This document shows, one piece after another, positions 59,248 to 64,000 of a stretch of 64,000 nt of DNA (position 1 is its first letter; each line of letters begins with the position of its first letter). This DNA is from Eledone cirrhosa (lineage: Eukaryota): the NCBI GenBank assembly GCA_964016885.1, contig OZ024741.1:179676001-179740000 (forward strand), given 5' to 3'. The position numbers were made by a program, and so were the translations under genes. The notes under the pieces were generated by a model, which saw only the letters and a program-made list of their open reading frames with translations, did not search any database and was not told the DNA's origin.

Positions 59248-59424
59248 TAGAAAGTGAGAGAGAAGAAATGAGAAAGAGACAGTACTAGACTACTTTTTTA
59301 TCGACCTCAAAAGGATGAAAGGCAAAGTTGACTTCGGCGGGATTTGAACTCCGATTGCTGAGAGCCGGGGCAAATACCACAAAGCATTCTATCCGACGTT
59401 CTATCGACTCTATCAATTCGCCGA
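59092..59424 (-). mobile_element. Composite SINE, second copy
   Basis: Homologous to 24068-24380; B-box GAGTTCAAATCC. Confidence 0.7.
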
Positions 59425-59839
59425 CTATTTGTACTATAGTATAAGTGGCTAAAAATACGTATCCTTAATGTAATTCTGAGGTAGAATCAGAGTGAAACAG
59501 AATATGACAAGGCTGGACATTTGAATTACAGGTACAATCCATCCGACGGACTTCCAAACAGTTTCTGTCTAATTTTACTAACAAAGCTTGGGTCGACCAA
59601 ATACTATTCAAGAACACTTACCCAAGATGTCCCACTATGGGGTCGAACCCCGGACCTCATAATTGAGAAGCAGACTTCTTAACCATTCTGCCATGTCAGC
59701 GTTCATATGTGTATTGCACTTACATCGATTCTGACAAATATTCCCGGCGGTGTTCGAACGACGGAATAACTTACTCATAAAATTAACGTGTAAGTGGGTA
59801 CCCTTCTTGATGACAAGTGCACTCGCATCGGAGTAGCCC

Positions 59840-60415
59840 AATGCCTCGGCCTCCGCATGTGAACCACATAAATGCCGTTGCGGGGCGATCGTTGATACGT
59901 TGGGCCTGCACCCACTCTCTTGCAGCCTGAGCGCATGCCGGTCCCCCCCCCTCCCGACATGCTGCTCTCAACGACCTATTGAGAAGGAGCTTGGACGCAG
60001 CTGGTTTCCCATCACAACTGGAGCTAGCAGGCCTTGACCGCGGAGACGGCAAGCGCCCCGATGGAATCACCCTCTTCCCACTCTAAGGAGGTAGATCCCT
60101 CCTCTGGGACGCCACATGTTGTGACACATTATCCGTCCCCAACTTAGTCGCTTTAGCCAGTCACAAACCCCGGTACCGTGGCCGGCCTTATAGACGAAAG
60201 AAAGATAAACAAATACCGGGGCTTGTCCGGCCGCTTCCTCCTCGCACCGGTCACCGTCGAGACCTCAGGCTTACTTGGACCCCGTACTGCCGAGCTCCTC
60301 CGCAAGATCGGAACGTCGGGGGTCCGTCTGAGGAAGGAGACCCGCGAGGTGGGTTGACTGTTACAGCGGGTGTCGCTGGCCATTGTCTACGGGATGCTCT
60401 GGCAGTTTTGTGCGC
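59840..60415 (+). pseudogene. 3' fragment of a CRE-like non-LTR retrotransposon (zinc knuckle plus restriction-like endonuclease)
   Basis: CRCGAIVDTLGLHPLSC...[13 protein letters not shown]...[17 protein letters not shown]...LLWDATCCDT...ERKINKYRGL...PVTVETSGLLGP...LLQRVSLAI, with stops and frameshifts. Confidence 0.85.
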
Positions 60416-60884
60416 TGGGGCAGCCCCATTACCGCCACGCCCTAGGCTCTGAGCCCAATCACCCCTCGCCCCTCCCCATTCTTCTGTGACACTAGAGCCC
60501 TTGCCCTTCCTTTTCTTTTCCGTTTTTTTAAAAAAATATTCTCTTAACGTAGTTTTCAGGGAGATTCAGCATGACAGTGTGTGACATGACTGGCCCTTTG
60601 AGTCACAAGTACAACCCCCCCCCCCCCCCAGGTGAGTGGACTGGAACAACGTGAAATAAAGTGCTTTCCTCAAGGACACAACACGTTGCTGAGAATCGAA
60701 TCCATAACCTAACGATCCAGAGCTGAACACCCTAACAACTAAGTAACGTGCCTTCACAATAAATATAGTAAATCAACATTAAAATCGTATTTATAGTTTC
60801 TCGACGCTGTTTCGAAACATTCTCATTAACTAAATACTTAGTAATTTGACATTTAAAACTATTTCCACACAGGAGTCAGTTGAT

Positions 60885-62045
60885 GTATGTATGTATAACT
60901 TTGTATGTGTATGTATGTACAACTTTGTATGTGTGTGTATGTACAACTTTGTATGTGTGTGTATGTGTTTATGTGTGTTGATGTATGTATGTGTATATGT
61001 GTACGTGGTCTGTTTATTTGTGTGGTTTTGTGTATGTGTGTGGGGGTGGGTTTGCGTGGGTAAGTTTATGCTTATGTGTGTGTGGGTGTGTGCGTGTGGG
61101 TAGGTTTATGCCTATGTGTGTGTGTATGGGGGGGGGGTAATTTATACTTATGTGTGTGTGTGCGCGCGTGTATGTGTTTGTGTATGTGTGTTTGGGTGTG
61201 TGTATGTGTTTGTGTATGTGTGTCTGTGTGTGTGTGTGTGCATGTGTTTGTGTATGTGTGTCTGGGTGTGTGCATGTGTTTGTGTATGTGTATCTGGGTG
61301 TGTGCATGTGTTTGTGTATGTGTCTGGGTGTGTGCATGTGTTTGTGTATGTGTGTCTGGGTGTGTGCATGTGTTTGTGTATGTGTGTCTGGGTGTGTGCA
61401 TGTGAGTACGCTTGTTTAGGAGTTTATTTATGAGCATGTATGTGAGTATATGTGCGTGCATGCTTGTATGTGTTTGTGTTTGTGTGTGTGTATGTGCGTG
61501 TGTATGTGCGTGTATGTATGCGCGCGTGTGTGTGTAGTGTGTGTGTATGGATTCGTGAGTGGATGCGTGTAAATCTGTGTATTGTATATGTAACCGCGCT
61601 GGTTTACGTGTGTATGTGTATGTGTGTGTATGAATGCTTGCATGTGCACGTTTGTGTGTGCGTGTGTCTGCGCGTGTTTGCATGCCCATGTGTGTGTGAG
61701 CGAGTGTCCGTATGTGTGTTTCTTTGAAAGTGTATGAGTGCATGCGTAAGTGTGTGTGTGTGTGTGTGGTGCTTACTTGCATGCGTTTATGTATGAGTGC
61801 GTGCATGCTTGCGAACACGCATCGCGTGTTTGTGTGTATATGTGTACGCTCATGCTTGCTTGCATGCGTTTGTTTGTGTATGTATCCACGTGTATGCCTC
61901 TCTATGTGTATGTGTACGTGTGTGAGTGTGTGGGGGGTGGGGGTCATGTGTATGCATATGCATGCTTGCATGCATTTATTTGTCTATGTATGTGTGTGTT
62001 TGTCATTATATGCGTGTGTATGTGCGTGTATGTATACGTTCGCTT
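60885..62045. repeat. Degenerate (TG)n-rich region with a 28-bp tandem unit at about 61170-61400
   Basis: TGTGTCTGGGTGTGTGCATGTGTTTGTGTA-like units. Confidence 0.85.
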
Positions 62046-62060
62046 ATGCTTTTGTTTTGC

Positions 62061-62117
62061 AACAACAACAACAGCAACAACAACAACAACAACAGCAGCA
62101 GCAACAGCAGCAGCAGC

Positions 62118-62184
<67 letters not shown>

Positions 62185-62318
62185 GCAGCAGTAATAACAA
62201 CAACAACAACAACTACTACTACAACAACAACAACAACAACAACTGCAGCAACAACAACGACAACAACAACAACAACAGCCGCAACGACTACAACAACAAC
62301 AGCAGCAGCAGCAGCAGC

Positions 62319-62397
<79 letters not shown>

Positions 62398-62432
62398 CCA
62401 GAAACAACAACAACTACAACAACAACACCAGC

Positions 62433-62470
<38 letters not shown>

Positions 62471-62508
62471 CGACGACGACAACAACAACAACGACAACAA
62501 CAACAGCC

Positions 62509-62550
<42 letters not shown>

Positions 62551-62640
62551 GCTACAACAACAACAACAACAACAGCAGCAGCAGCAGCAACAACAACAAC
62601 AACAACAACAACAGCAACAGCAACAACAACAACAACAACG
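62061..62640. repeat. (AAC)n/(AGC)n compound microsatellite
   Basis: Direct sequence. Confidence 0.95.
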
Positions 62641-62989
62641 ATAAAAGCAAACATAGTTCGTCCTTGAGATTATTGGAAAAAGGACAGATAAGGTAATAAG
62701 AAAGGGGAAAAATTTAAATCATTAAAGTATGACAAACGTTTCGCAACGGGAAAAACGTGTGTGTAAACGATGAAAGCAATTATTGGCAAATTGTATAAAC
62801 GTAGGGAATTTAAAGAGTTCGCTATTTTCTCTATTGAAAATCACAGTTTTTAATTTATCTACCATCAATTAAATAATCACATTCTACAAATATAATGTTT
62901 TAAAAACATATTATAAAACAGATTTAATTTCTCTAAAAATAATTCTAAACATGATTTATTATTTTTTTTCTTATTTTATTTCATTCATT

Positions 62990-63935
<946 letters not shown>

Positions 63936-64000
63936 CTTCTTTTGCTTTTGAAATTTTAAATTTGATGTTACAGAGAGGGAAACATATATGTGTCCATCTC

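Noticed and set aside
61712-62696. PolyQ/polyT/polyN ORFs
   Set aside because: (AAC)n microsatellite preceded by (TG)n, with no complex coding flank.

Overview
AT-rich, repeat-dominated eukaryotic DNA with no convincing intact host gene. The SINE families and extreme (TA)n/(CA)n density suggest a cephalopod (Octopus-like) genome; this is an inference. Nearly all ORFs in the supplied track are read-through of simple repeats. 1-36.3 kb is a microsatellite sea holding about 17 minimal type I hammerhead ribozyme (HHR) motifs with intact CUGANGA and GAAA boxes, about 8 mutated ones and several half-ribozymes. They fall into several sequence families, often have palindromic stem III, and often sit in fold-back inverted repeats. 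Three decayed Penelope-like elements (one with RT plus GIY-YIG, two with GIY-YIG only) lie in this part, and two of them lead directly into an HHR module. 36.6-54.0 kb is a 17.5-kb satellite of 14-bp monomers that switches from CACACCACATTGTA to CACACCACATCATA at about 42.2 kb and carries about three near-identical 3.2-3.4-kb higher-order repeats. Also present: tRNA-derived SINEs, hAT and Tc1/mariner MITEs, CR1-type LINE 3' ends and a CRE-like restriction-like-endonuclease retrotransposon fragment. All structures were read by eye; none were folded, aligned or searched computationally.
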